A DNA stretch of 64,000 nucleotides from a virus. Lineage: Duplodnaviria > Caudoviricetes. The notes under the pieces were generated by a model. The model saw only the letters and a list, made by a program, of their open reading frames with translations. It had not been told where the DNA came from and searched no databases. Position 1 is the first letter of the stretch; every line of letters starts with the position of its first letter. This document shows, piece after piece, positions 47,232 through 55,768 of the stretch. The position numbers were made by a program, and so were the translations under genes. The stretch lies in IMG/VR virus record IMGVR_UViG_3300031951_000008; one strand, 5' to 3'.

Positions 47232-47410
47232 TCATCTACATCTCGTTTGTGACTTTTAGACACTTTATATGTCCTAACCTGGTACATTGTTACAATGGTT
47301 CCGCAACATTCCGTGGTTACATGTACAGTACTGTCGTATGCGTCTACATTACCATAAGCATAGCTTGGTACAACGAGTTCTTTATGACAGTTTGGACAGA
47401 CTAAAGACAT
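47180..47410 (-). CDS. small zinc-ribbon-like protein
   Basis: CPNC...TECCG. Confidence 0.6.
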   Translation of the reverse strand: MSLVCPNCHKELVVPSYAYGNVDAYDSTVHVTTECCGTIVTMYQVRTYKVSKSHKRDVDDWGVPATGTTISIASRA

Positions 47411-47420
47411 TTGTGGCCCC

Positions 47421-47897
47421 TTAGATTATCTTGCCAGTTTCATTAGAGAACAACCATTTACCATCTACAAAGTTACCACCGTTGCGTACTTTGAGCACGG
47501 TAACATCAGAAGGTATATTAAGAATACATTCGTCTTGATCGTCGAAGTATATCTTCACTCCCTCCTCTTTTATTACTCTGGCTTTATCGCTAAGGCTGTT
47601 AACGAGCACGATTTGGTCGAAATAGATGCCGTGTTTTGTGACATCATTGATCGCTTTTTGCTTATCCTTACGGTATGTGATGATAACAACACGGCCAGGA
47701 TATGATTGGCTTAGGTGTGAGAAAAACTGCGGGTTCTCGTCGATGGTACCATCTATATCTAAGCCAAGTGTTGGTAGACAATCGCAAATATATTTAGTGA
47801 ATAATCTTGCTTGGGCTGATCTGCCCTTGAAGTCCTGCTTATTGATAGCAGATTTGATTCCGTTATAAAGTAAATTTAATTGTTCAAGTGCACTCAT
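47421..47897 (-). CDS. HAD-superfamily phosphatase/nucleotidase-like protein
   Basis: LGLDIDGTI motif I, IITYR, SDKA, YFDD; start uncertain. Confidence 0.75.
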   Translation of the reverse strand: MSALEQLNLLYNGIKSAINKQDFKGRSAQARLFTKYICDCLPTLGLDIDGTIDENPQFFSHLSQSYPGRVVIITYRKDKQKAINDVTKHGIYFDQIVLVNSLSDKARVIKEEGVKIYFDDQDECILNIPSDVTVLKVRNGGNFVDGKWLFSNETGKII

Positions 47898-48636
47898 GAA
47901 TGTAACTGATTCCTTGGTAGACTTTTTGACGCTTCAAAATAGATTGTCGGGTATCGGTGTGCCGCCTGAAAAGGCTGAGCTTATTCTTAATAAATCTCTT
48001 GAAAGACTTAATTTAGAATTGGTCCAGGTCTTAGGTCAAGGCGATAACGGCATTGCTTTTATGGCAAGCAATGGCGATGTCGTGAAGTTCACCATCGACA
48101 AAGGTGAGGCAATCTTGTGGAAGAGATTGTTAGATCAGAAGTTAAGAGGTATCGCCGGAATAAAGGCTGTTTATAACCTATCAAGTAGTGTTCTTGGTAA
48201 TACACCACTATATTTAGTCCAAGTAGACTTTGTACCTTACCCTCTAACTCCAGAACAGGAACAGATGATCAGAAAGGGCCTAGAGCTAGTAAGACTGAGA
48301 CTGAGAGAGGAATATAAAGCTATTACTGGCGATGACCGTAATAGAAAAATGTGGGAATTAAGATCTATGAGATTCGCTAACATGTTCGATGAAATGGCTC
48401 AACAAGATCCAGCGTTTAGCGACATATTCGACCTACTATTAGACCTAGCTGACAAGCATAAAGGGTTTGTCCATGATCTGCATCCCGGCAATTTTAGAGT
48501 CAATGAGGGAGGCAAGATAACGCTTATAGATCCTAGTATACCGGACCTTCTCGGCGATATAGAGAACCCTTATAGCTTAGCGTTTGAATCACGCTTAGAT
48601 TTTGCACTTAAAACAAATAAGTTATTTTACGAATAG
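47896..48636 (+). CDS. protein kinase-like (PKL fold) protein
   Basis: VLGQGDNGIAF, VVKFT, HDLHPGNF, TLIDP. Confidence 0.7.
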   Translation: MNVTDSLVDFLTLQNRLSGIGVPPEKAELILNKSLERLNLELVQVLGQGDNGIAFMASNGDVVKFTIDKGEAILWKRLLDQKLRGIAGIKAVYNLSSSVLGNTPLYLVQVDFVPYPLTPEQEQMIRKGLELVRLRLREEYKAITGDDRNRKMWELRSMRFANMFDEMAQQDPAFSDIFDLLLDLADKHKGFVHDLHPGNFRVNEGGKITLIDPSIPDLLGDIENPYSLAFESRLDFALKTNKLFYE

Positions 48637-48647
48637 TCAATATAAGC

Positions 48648-48675
48648 AAAGAGCCTGGGTAAACCAGGCTCTTTT
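48648..48675. terminator. bidirectional rho-independent terminator
   Basis: AAAGAGCCTGG-GTAAA-CCAGGCTCTTTT between convergent genes. Confidence 0.8.
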
Positions 48676-48697
48676 AATAGTCAGTGTAGCGATTCTA

Positions 48698-49018
48698 CTA
48701 CTTATCTGTTGGCGTACCAGCCGAGACAGCCAAAGAAACGGCCTCCGAAGCCTTCACCTCAACATCGAGAACACCCGATAAGGTTTTGACACCAGTGCCT
48801 AAGTCAGCGTCAGCCGTGACACTAACGCGTGCACTTCCGAGCTTGCCGGTCGTCACCGCGACTGCACTCAGACCATCAGTAGCCACGTCAAGAGTGACGA
48901 CAGTAGGATCTGAAGTCTCCCAAACCGGTGCACCGTCGACTGGTGCTGGGTTGCCAGCCGCAGAGGTAGGACTAATAGAAAGTTGAACTTTTTGGATGTC
49001 CGTTAAGACCAAAGCCAT
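48698..49018 (-). CDS. Ig-like (BIG2-type) small protein
   Basis: VWETSDPTVVTLDV..G.SAVAV..GKLGSARVSVTA; AAGGAG SD. Confidence 0.7.
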   Translation of the reverse strand: MALVLTDIQKVQLSISPTSAAGNPAPVDGAPVWETSDPTVVTLDVATDGLSAVAVTTGKLGSARVSVTADADLGTGVKTLSGVLDVEVKASEAVSLAVSAGTPTDK

Positions 49019-49034
49019 AATATTGCTCCTTAAG

Positions 49035-49307
49035 CTATTTGTTAGAAACTGGACCGATCTTCAAATTTATATTTACCTCAGGAGACATGTCTCTTTGCGA
49101 TACCGGGCCAATGTTAATGACTAGCGGCACTGGTTCAACAGGCTCGTACCGCAATAAAGCATAATATCTAGTGACAAACCATGGTTCTTTATAGTACCAC
49201 TGGTGTACTAACCTAAATCCTTGCTTGTGTAGGTAAATATTGACCTTATCTATAAAATCTCTGGGGTTTGTAGAGTTCACTAATACTGATTGCGTGCTCT
49301 TCTTCAT
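49035..49307 (-). CDS. hypothetical protein
   Basis: 90 aa; twice-repeated INIGPVS/LKIGPVS. Confidence 0.6.
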   Translation of the reverse strand: MKKSTQSVLVNSTNPRDFIDKVNIYLHKQGFRLVHQWYYKEPWFVTRYYALLRYEPVEPVPLVINIGPVSQRDMSPEVNINLKIGPVSNK

Positions 49308-49320
49308 AAAATATATTTTT
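49308..49320. promoter_or_regulatory. 13-bp palindromic spacer AAAATATATTTT(T) between back-to-back ATGs
   Basis: CAT-AAAATATATTTTT-ATG; no room for an SD outside either gene. Confidence 0.4.
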
Positions 49321-50001
49321 ATGAATCAAGTAGTCGTTATAATCAGAAGAAGCTTCGACTTCTACTATAATAATACGGTAAAGTTTGTGGACGGGGCGGC
49401 TGTTAATCAGTCTCATATAGAAGGAATAGAAAGATCCCAAGGGTGGTGGCACGAGATATTCGGTTGTAGTTGGCAGGCCACGAGGCAAAGGATTGCGGAC
49501 ATAGTAATGCGGCATACCTTATCTTGTCGACCAGATGCGGTTGTACTACATAGCGAAACAAATGTTTACATCAAGGATTCTTGGATTATACCTCTCGATG
49601 ACGATGATCTTTTAGATATAAGAATCATACATAAGCTAAGAAATATGCAATTAAGCGAATCGGCATACTGGCCCACTAACAAACTATTACTTAGCACTGA
49701 GCATGAAGCTGGACTAGAAGAATTTCCGGCCAATTCTTATGCCATAAGCAGTGACTATTTTAACAGCCACAAAGATAAAGCTGCATTTTATAGACATATG
49801 CACGCGAGTAAAAATTTGAATCTTAAAGCTATTTGCATGCAGCCATGTGGACTTAAAATTAATCACCCTGCCAGCATAGGCATATTAAAGTTATATCATT
49901 CAAAGGATGATTGTATAGCCGCTGTTAATAAGTTCAGAGCAGCACAACCTACTAGATATAAGAGAACAGTGAACCAAATACAAGAGTGCTTTAAGTTTTA
50001 G
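49321..50001 (+). CDS. hypothetical protein
   Basis: ATG at 49321; IIPLDDDD could be a degenerate GT-A DxD region. Confidence 0.6.
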   Translation: MNQVVVIIRRSFDFYYNNTVKFVDGAAVNQSHIEGIERSQGWWHEIFGCSWQATRQRIADIVMRHTLSCRPDAVVLHSETNVYIKDSWIIPLDDDDLLDIRIIHKLRNMQLSESAYWPTNKLLLSTEHEAGLEEFPANSYAISSDYFNSHKDKAAFYRHMHASKNLNLKAICMQPCGLKINHPASIGILKLYHSKDDCIAAVNKFRAAQPTRYKRTVNQIQECFKF

Positions 50002-50657
50002 CACTGATATTTGATTGTACATATTGCACGTTCTATACATAGCATCTTTTTGTATACGCCAGGTCTATGTCGTTGTCGGCTAGCATCTCTACCATTCTTT
50101 AGCCATAACATAAACGTTTCAGCAAAGTCTTCACTAGCATTGGTAGTCGCATATTCGCTAGCATAATTGGCTAGTAAATGCTTATAGTACCATGTTTTCC
50201 TCTCGTTAGCAGTGCGGCATAATAGCTTGCCAGCTTTGTAATCTCTATCTTGTTGGAGTGTTTTCCTCCAAGCAGTGTAACCTACTGCCGCTTTATTTGA
50301 TACAGATGCTGCAAATGTTCGTATAAAATCATCCTTAAACTCGCCGCAAAAGAATCCATAAAAGCTATGCTCTATAACGTGGGCAAATTCGTGCCTGAAT
50401 ATGTCTCTGAGACAAAAGCGAAAAGCTTTGCTTTTGTGTAGCCTTCTCGAAGGTAGCATTATTGCTGGATCATTACCTTCTACGAATATCGCCCAGGCCA
50501 TCACATTCTTATCGTCATTTGAACCATAAAAATACGAAGTTCTATCGAAAACATTTGATGCCTTCAGTAAGCCCAGTTCTCTTAGTTCATATCTTACGTG
50601 CGAGAATGCACGGTGTACAGATCGGTGATATCTGGCTTGGTCAGAGCTTTTAAGCAT
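49998..50657 (-). CDS. zinc metallopeptidase (Peptidase_Mx-like)
   Basis: HEFAHVIEH and SEYATTNASEDFAETF. Confidence 0.75.
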   Translation of the reverse strand: MLKSSDQARYHRSVHRAFSHVRYELRELGLLKASNVFDRTSYFYGSNDDKNVMAWAIFVEGNDPAIMLPSRRLHKSKAFRFCLRDIFRHEFAHVIEHSFYGFFCGEFKDDFIRTFAASVSNKAAVGYTAWRKTLQQDRDYKAGKLLCRTANERKTWYYKHLLANYASEYATTNASEDFAETFMLWLKNGRDASRQRHRPGVYKKMLCIERAICTIKYQC

Positions 50658-50672
50658 AGGTCACCCATTTCC

Positions 50673-51686
50673 TTAGCTAGCCCCTCTAGATATCAATGGC
50701 GATAAATAAGAAACTTCGTTGATTATTGGTATTTGCAGGTTTAAGTGGCCTAATCCCTGTTGTACTAATTGTATGCCGTAACCATTGACCCAATCAGTCA
50801 GATTTTGGTGCTGCCAATATGGTTGCAATTTGCAGATACAACCAGGATTCCAAGCTCCTATCGGCCCGCTGGCTACAGTTCTCTTAGTGGCCAAATCCAT
50901 CCTGTGTGTATGCCCGAACCAAATATTAGAATTATATTTAGCCAAATGCGAAGCTGCTGCCGATTTATTTGTATATTGACCGTGGGTGAAATAACAATTA
51001 TCTCTCTTAATGGTGCCCGGCACTTGGCAATCGTCATACCATTCGCCTTGCTTATAGAGCAGTATACCACGCTTTTTCAGATTTAACACAATGTCGGTTG
51101 AGAAGAACTGGGATAGATATTCTAAGTCTTTCTTACTCCCTTTATTAGAGCGTAAGGTCGTAGTAACGATATATTTCTCTATACGTCTTTCGTGGTTGCC
51201 CTCTAGATATTCGATCTTGGCTTTTGGAGCTACAGATTGGATTTTATCTAACAACTGATTAGTCGCGTTACAATCGTCTTCGAAAGTGTAATCAGCTTCT
51301 GCTACATAGCCCCAGGTATGGTGTTCTGCTAAGAATCCTCCACAATCTAAGTGATCTCCTAGCATTATTATCGAATCAGGGTTAAGCATTTTGATATCTG
51401 CTAGCATGGCTGCAGCGACAGCCTCGTCGATGTAGCACCCATGTGAATCTGGTATTATGACGCGAAGAGTAACACCGCCTTTCACGCTCCTAGACCTGGT
51501 GTCTAGCTTCAGCTTTACCCGGCTTTCTCTTATTCGCGATAGCGTAGTATTAAGCCTTTGATTAGCGTCTTGGAGCCGTTTTATTTGAAGCTCTAGCTCC
51601 TTTATTCGTTCTTCGGCCTGATTTAGTTTATCAGACGAGTATACTTTGGTCTTATGGTACTTGTCTAAAGACTTTCGTATAGACAT
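50673..51686 (-). CDS. calcineurin-like metallophosphoesterase with N-terminal coiled coil
   Basis: DSHG, GDHLD, GNHE, FTHG, GHTH. Confidence 0.88.
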   Translation of the reverse strand: MSIRKSLDKYHKTKVYSSDKLNQAEERIKELELQIKRLQDANQRLNTTLSRIRESRVKLKLDTRSRSVKGGVTLRVIIPDSHGCYIDEAVAAAMLADIKMLNPDSIIMLGDHLDCGGFLAEHHTWGYVAEADYTFEDDCNATNQLLDKIQSVAPKAKIEYLEGNHERRIEKYIVTTTLRSNKGSKKDLEYLSQFFSTDIVLNLKKRGILLYKQGEWYDDCQVPGTIKRDNCYFTHGQYTNKSAAASHLAKYNSNIWFGHTHRMDLATKRTVASGPIGAWNPGCICKLQPYWQHQNLTDWVNGYGIQLVQQGLGHLNLQIPIINEVSYLSPLISRGAS

Positions 51687-51693
51687 TTAAGCC

Positions 51694-51987
51694 TCATTTG
51701 CTAAGCTTTTCGATGAGACGCGAGATTCTTGCAGGGGTCAGGTTGTCGCAATAATCAGTGCTATCTTTCAAAAATCGTAGCAGGCTTGCTTTTGAAGGCA
51801 GTATCGCCCTCGTTTCGCCCTTGTTGATCCAATCGGTCACGAACTCAACTAGCTCTTGTGCCGCAGCAGCGTTTGATGATTGTAGACCAGAAAACCAGTC
51901 TACTGCTCCAGATTTCTGGACATATCTCGATCTATCGTTGCGAGCTTTAGCCAATAAAGGATTTGCTTGTGTTTTTTTCTTGGCCAT
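51694..51987 (-). CDS. hypothetical protein
   Basis: 97 aa upstream of the phosphoesterase. Confidence 0.65.
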   Translation of the reverse strand: MAKKKTQANPLLAKARNDRSRYVQKSGAVDWFSGLQSSNAAAAQELVEFVTDWINKGETRAILPSKASLLRFLKDSTDYCDNLTPARISRLIEKLSK

Positions 51988-52026
51988 CTTTATGCCCTGT
52001 ATTAAGCCTTGTTATATTTGCTACAT

Positions 52027-52037
52027 CAAATCTATCA
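52027..52037 (+). promoter_or_regulatory. candidate promoter motif CAAATCTATCA
   Basis: Divergent gap 51988-52070. Confidence 0.35.
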
Positions 52038-52070
52038 TATCAAGTAGATTACTCAAGAAAGGAGCATTTG

Positions 52071-52385
52071 ATGCTAGATATAATTCAGCAAATAGCGAGT
52101 TTGATCGACGCAGAATCACACAATGCTTGTGATAGCCAAATAGCTGGCCTAACAACTGGCTTTGAGACAGGCAATGATGTGGATGGGCATTATCAAAACT
52201 ATATGTTCTTCCGTAATATTAAACATATGCGTGATCTACTAGACGAGATGCTTAACTATGACCAGGAGCAGATAGATCAATTGTTATCAGATGGTCATGA
52301 TTGGGCGAGTGATCATGTTTCTGCTGCAATGGAAAATTTGGAGCAAGTCGCTGGTTGGCTTAATGGCGAGCTAGACCGAAGTTGA
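52071..52385 (+). CDS. hypothetical, possibly internal virion protein
   Basis: AAGGAG SD then ATG at 52071; NYMFFRNI...DGHDWASDHV. Confidence 0.7.
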   Translation: MLDIIQQIASLIDAESHNACDSQIAGLTTGFETGNDVDGHYQNYMFFRNIKHMRDLLDEMLNYDQEQIDQLLSDGHDWASDHVSAAMENLEQVAGWLNGELDRS

Positions 52386-52691
52386 TATGTTGCGTATCAT
52401 AGTGTTAACGTTATTTAAGTCTTGATCTAAATTACCTATCTGATCAAGGCTTTTGCCCATGTCGTTTTGACCTTGTTGTAGATTCTTTCCGATATCAGTC
52501 ACAGACTTTTCTAGCTTTTTAAATTGGGGCTGTAACAGCTTTTTACGTTCCGCTTCCTGTCTTTTTCTATCCTGGTCTTGTTGACGCATTCTCTGTGTCT
52601 GGGCTGCTTTATTTGCATCCCTGTCTATTGCGGAATTGGTTAAGTCAAGCTCTTCCAGGACCGTCTCTAACGTCTTTAAGAATTTATTCAT
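52371..52691 (-). CDS. coiled-coil putative internal virion protein
   Basis: Leader MNKFLKTLETVLEE; Q-rich coil. Confidence 0.65.
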   Translation of the reverse strand: MNKFLKTLETVLEELDLTNSAIDRDANKAAQTQRMRQQDQDRKRQEAERKKLLQPQFKKLEKSVTDIGKNLQQGQNDMGKSLDQIGNLDQDLNNVNTMIRNISTSV

Positions 52692-53406
52692 CGTCTTCTG
52701 GGCTGCCTTCTACGCCTTTTGATCCACCTTGCGACCCGCTGCCTCTATTGCCTTTAACGGCTTTAGGGCGATATTTACTCTTGTCCCCGAAAATATCTGG
52801 GAAAGCCGATGTAGGGTCTAGCCGGAGTTGAGTGCAGATTTGAGAAGCTAAGCCCATCGATGGATTACGCCCTTGTGGGTCACCTTGTACGTCTTTTGGC
52901 TTTCTTAGAATGCGGGAGATAGCAGGAGGATCTACACCTACTGCTCTTGCAAGACTCGTGACTGTAAAGCCTCGGTCTTGCATTGCACGGACAATTGGTT
53001 TTCTGTCTACAGTCGCTATATCGATGTTTTGAGCAATCGAAGATTCTTCCGGCTTTTCATCCTCGGTCAACGTCTTACTAATTTTGTTCCAATTCTGCAA
53101 CAAGGTGTTAGTAAATATGTCATATTGTTCGGTTTGATGTTCCATAACATCATTAGCAGCAGTCGCTTTAGTCGGGACTAGCATAGTGTGCCCAGCATCA
53201 CTCATCCATACCATATATTCACCATGTGGGATCGCTAAGGCCTTAGAGGCCAATATTCCAACGTTTAGTATTGCACCTTCTGTGAGGTGATGGTGTAGAT
53301 CATCTTTACTATCGAAGCCAGTATTGATTAGTTCGACCATATTGTCGAATTCACGCAGTGTGCTGTCATTGATTAGGATGTCAAGCTTCGTAGTCAGTTT
53401 GTTCAT
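52684..53406 (-). CDS. XRE/Cro-type HTH protein with putative head-targeting leader
   Basis: MQDRGFTVTSLARAVGVDPPAISRIL..RNPSMGLASQICTQL; LRE and LTE sites. Confidence 0.7.
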   Translation of the reverse strand: MNKLTTKLDILINDSTLREFDNMVELINTGFDSKDDLHHHLTEGAILNVGILASKALAIPHGEYMVWMSDAGHTMLVPTKATAANDVMEHQTEQYDIFTNTLLQNWNKISKTLTEDEKPEESSIAQNIDIATVDRKPIVRAMQDRGFTVTSLARAVGVDPPAISRILRKPKDVQGDPQGRNPSMGLASQICTQLRLDPTSAFPDIFGDKSKYRPKAVKGNRGSGSQGGSKGVEGSPEDDE

Positions 53407-53432
53407 GTCTATCTCCTTATATCTATTTTTGA

Positions 53433-53444
53433 CAAATCTAAGTG
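53433..53444 (+). promoter_or_regulatory. candidate promoter motif CAAATCTAAGTG, 13 nt before ATG
   Basis: 39-bp divergent gap; the opposite strand carries CAAAAATAGAT (53431-53421). Confidence 0.35.
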
Positions 53445-53445
53445 T

Positions 53446-53847
53446 ATGAGTATACTAATCTTTGAAGCAAAAAGTAATAAGTTAAAGGCAGCAGTCGGCA
53501 TCGTACAAGATCGTGACAGATGGCTGCTTGGATTATCTACAGCTAAGGACGATAGGCATAAAAAGTGGTGTTTTCCCGGCGGCGGAATAGACAGGGGTGA
53601 ATCGCCCAGGAATGCTGCTAAGAGAGAGGTATTAGAAGAAACTGGGATCAAGTGCTATACCGTTGGTGATATGATACAGACCTCAGATAAAAAACACGTT
53701 GCATTTTTCCACTGTAAGGTCAGTTCACACAATCAAAAGATCATTTTAAGCGACGAATTCTATGCTATCGGCTGGTTTAAGGCTTCTGATCTCAGAAACC
53801 TTGATCTATATCCTAATGTCCGGACACTTATAAATAAAATCAAATAG
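53446..53847 (+). CDS. Nudix hydrolase
   Basis: Nudix box GGGIDRGESPRNAAKREVLEETG. Confidence 0.92.
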   Translation: MSILIFEAKSNKLKAAVGIVQDRDRWLLGLSTAKDDRHKKWCFPGGGIDRGESPRNAAKREVLEETGIKCYTVGDMIQTSDKKHVAFFHCKVSSHNQKIILSDEFYAIGWFKASDLRNLDLYPNVRTLINKIK

Positions 53848-53902
53848 CTAGCTCCGGTATTAATAGTCAAAAATCATATTAATACACTTTGAAAGGCAGC
53901 TA

Positions 53903-54889
53903 ATGTACCGTATAGACCCGCATTTACATCTCGGTGGAACTATATTCCCAGACGCTATTTGGGACATATTGCAAATAACAAAACAATACTATTTGGCCAG
54001 TGATCTAGAAGACGTTAAAAAGCAAGTAATGTTTGCCAGCGATGAGCCAAAAGAATTTCATCGATTTCTTAATAAGTTCAGATTATTAGATTCAATAAAT
54101 TGGAATGAACAAGCAATAGATAGATCCATTCAATCTGTTAGCAATTATCTAATAAAGCAGGGTCTTGATTATACTTGGATCGATTTTTCGATCAATAAGT
54201 ACATGGGAATCGGGTGGCATAAACATGAAGCCATACAATTTATATATGATAGGTTTAATACATATATTCCCGATAGATTTGGGCTTGTACTGTCGATTAA
54301 ATACGAGACATCGTTAACCCATCAGATAAGCTATACCAAGCTCTTAGAACACGAAGTATCTGAATTATTATTCGGTATCGACTGGGTCGGAGATGAAGCC
54401 TACTTTGACGGGTCTGTTTATCCTCCGATATTTAAAGAATGGGCAAGTGCTGGTAAGATGGTTAGAGTACATGCCGGTGAATCTCAATTCGCTAATAACG
54501 TGGTGCAGGCTATAAACGCTGGTGCGACCAACGTAGCACATGGTTTTAAGATACTTGGCAATGTATCTGCTATGGATCTTGCCTTGGACAAAGACATAAC
54601 ACTTGACATGTCGCTAATTAGTAATCGCATGACTGGTGTTTTTCAAAGGCTAGACCATCCGATTATTGGGCTACTTAGATATGGTATCAAGACTACACTT
54701 GGCAGTGACGACCCGGTACAATTCGACTCGTCTTTAGACAAAGAGCTAGAGTATGCCTCTAACATAGGGCTGGATAGGCAAGAACTATACAAGATTTCAA
54801 AAACCGCTTTTGACAATACGATACGGTTTTTGAAATCACAGAATAAAGCAATTCCAGCGCACTTAAGATCGATGTCTGCCGGATACTAA
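53903..54889 (+). CDS. adenosine/AMP deaminase-family amidohydrolase
   Basis: HLHLGG, VHAGE, VAHG, GSDDP metal ligands all present. Confidence 0.85.
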   Translation: MYRIDPHLHLGGTIFPDAIWDILQITKQYYLASDLEDVKKQVMFASDEPKEFHRFLNKFRLLDSINWNEQAIDRSIQSVSNYLIKQGLDYTWIDFSINKYMGIGWHKHEAIQFIYDRFNTYIPDRFGLVLSIKYETSLTHQISYTKLLEHEVSELLFGIDWVGDEAYFDGSVYPPIFKEWASAGKMVRVHAGESQFANNVVQAINAGATNVAHGFKILGNVSAMDLALDKDITLDMSLISNRMTGVFQRLDHPIIGLLRYGIKTTLGSDDPVQFDSSLDKELEYASNIGLDRQELYKISKTAFDNTIRFLKSQNKAIPAHLRSMSAGY

Positions 54890-55458
54890 GAGACTTCTTC
54901 GTTAGTCTTTTCTTTAGAAGCGTGCTCGTAGTGTTCTAAAGCCTGTGTGATCCTAGACATCTCGATCGACAGATTACCATGTCTTACAGCTACTTCAGCG
55001 AAACCGGTAATGCTCCAATCACTTTTGCGGATCTTAAGCACTGGCCTTCCTATATCGTCGACTACTACCTCTTCTTGTGCCGTCTCAGGCTGTTCATTTT
55101 CGTCATCATCGTCAGTACGAGGCTTCTTTTTTGCCTGCCTAACCTTCACATCGATTTTGCTGAGCAAGTGATCTAACAATGGGATTTGTTTGTCGGGGTG
55201 TTCCTTCCAAAAATCTCCGTCTATGAGGATTTCAGCGTCATAATTTTTGGTGATTCTGTCTTTAACCGGGACTATCTTCACCGATCCAAAGACGGGGTTG
55301 CCAGCCTCCTTAATGGCGGCTTGGCCTTCCTTACCAGCTACTACCATTAGAATCCCAACTTTAACTTGAGACTTAATGAGCAACGGGTGAAAGTCTTTAA
55401 TTACTTTGTTTGCAAGCAGACAACAATCATTAGACGCTTTGAAATAAATGGTTCCCAT
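54886..55458 (-). CDS. phage metallopeptidase-like protein, HExxH degenerate
   Basis: YDAEILIDGDFW...PLLDHLLSKI; HD(W)-like SDWSITGFAEVAVRHG tail. Confidence 0.5.
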   Translation of the reverse strand: MGTIYFKASNDCCLLANKVIKDFHPLLIKSQVKVGILMVVAGKEGQAAIKEAGNPVFGSVKIVPVKDRITKNYDAEILIDGDFWKEHPDKQIPLLDHLLSKIDVKVRQAKKKPRTDDDDENEQPETAQEEVVVDDIGRPVLKIRKSDWSITGFAEVAVRHGNLSIEMSRITQALEHYEHASKEKTNEEVS

Positions 55459-55459
55459 G

Positions 55460-55768
55460 TTATTCCTGATTAAATTTAGAGAGTTCCTTTTCAATCGAAC
55501 GCAATTGTATCAGTAGAGGCTCCACCTTAGCGGCATACTGTTGACCCCAGTTGGCGGCGATATGTGCCTGACGCTCTTCCAGCGATTGCCCATCAAGCAT
55601 CTGACACCTTTTCCTGATCTCGTCGCCTTTCAATACATTGGTACGCATCAATATGCTGTCAAGCTTGTTGCGTATGTCACGCCAATTAGCTTGCATATCC
55701 TCATACTGTTTTTGCATGCCAGTTTGTTTTTTACCGACGATTTGATCGATTCCTCGTTTGATGCTCAT
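55460..55768 (-). CDS. hypothetical helical protein
   Basis: 102 aa; GGAG SD, ATGA overlap. Confidence 0.65.
   Translation of the reverse strand: MSIKRGIDQIVGKKQTGMQKQYEDMQANWRDIRNKLDSILMRTNVLKGDEIRKRCQMLDGQSLEERQAHIAANWGQQYAAKVEPLLIQLRSIEKELSKFNQE

Noticed and set aside
53903-54889. RADAR defence system
   Set aside because: No adjacent RdrA-type AAA+ gene, and the protein is much shorter than RdrB
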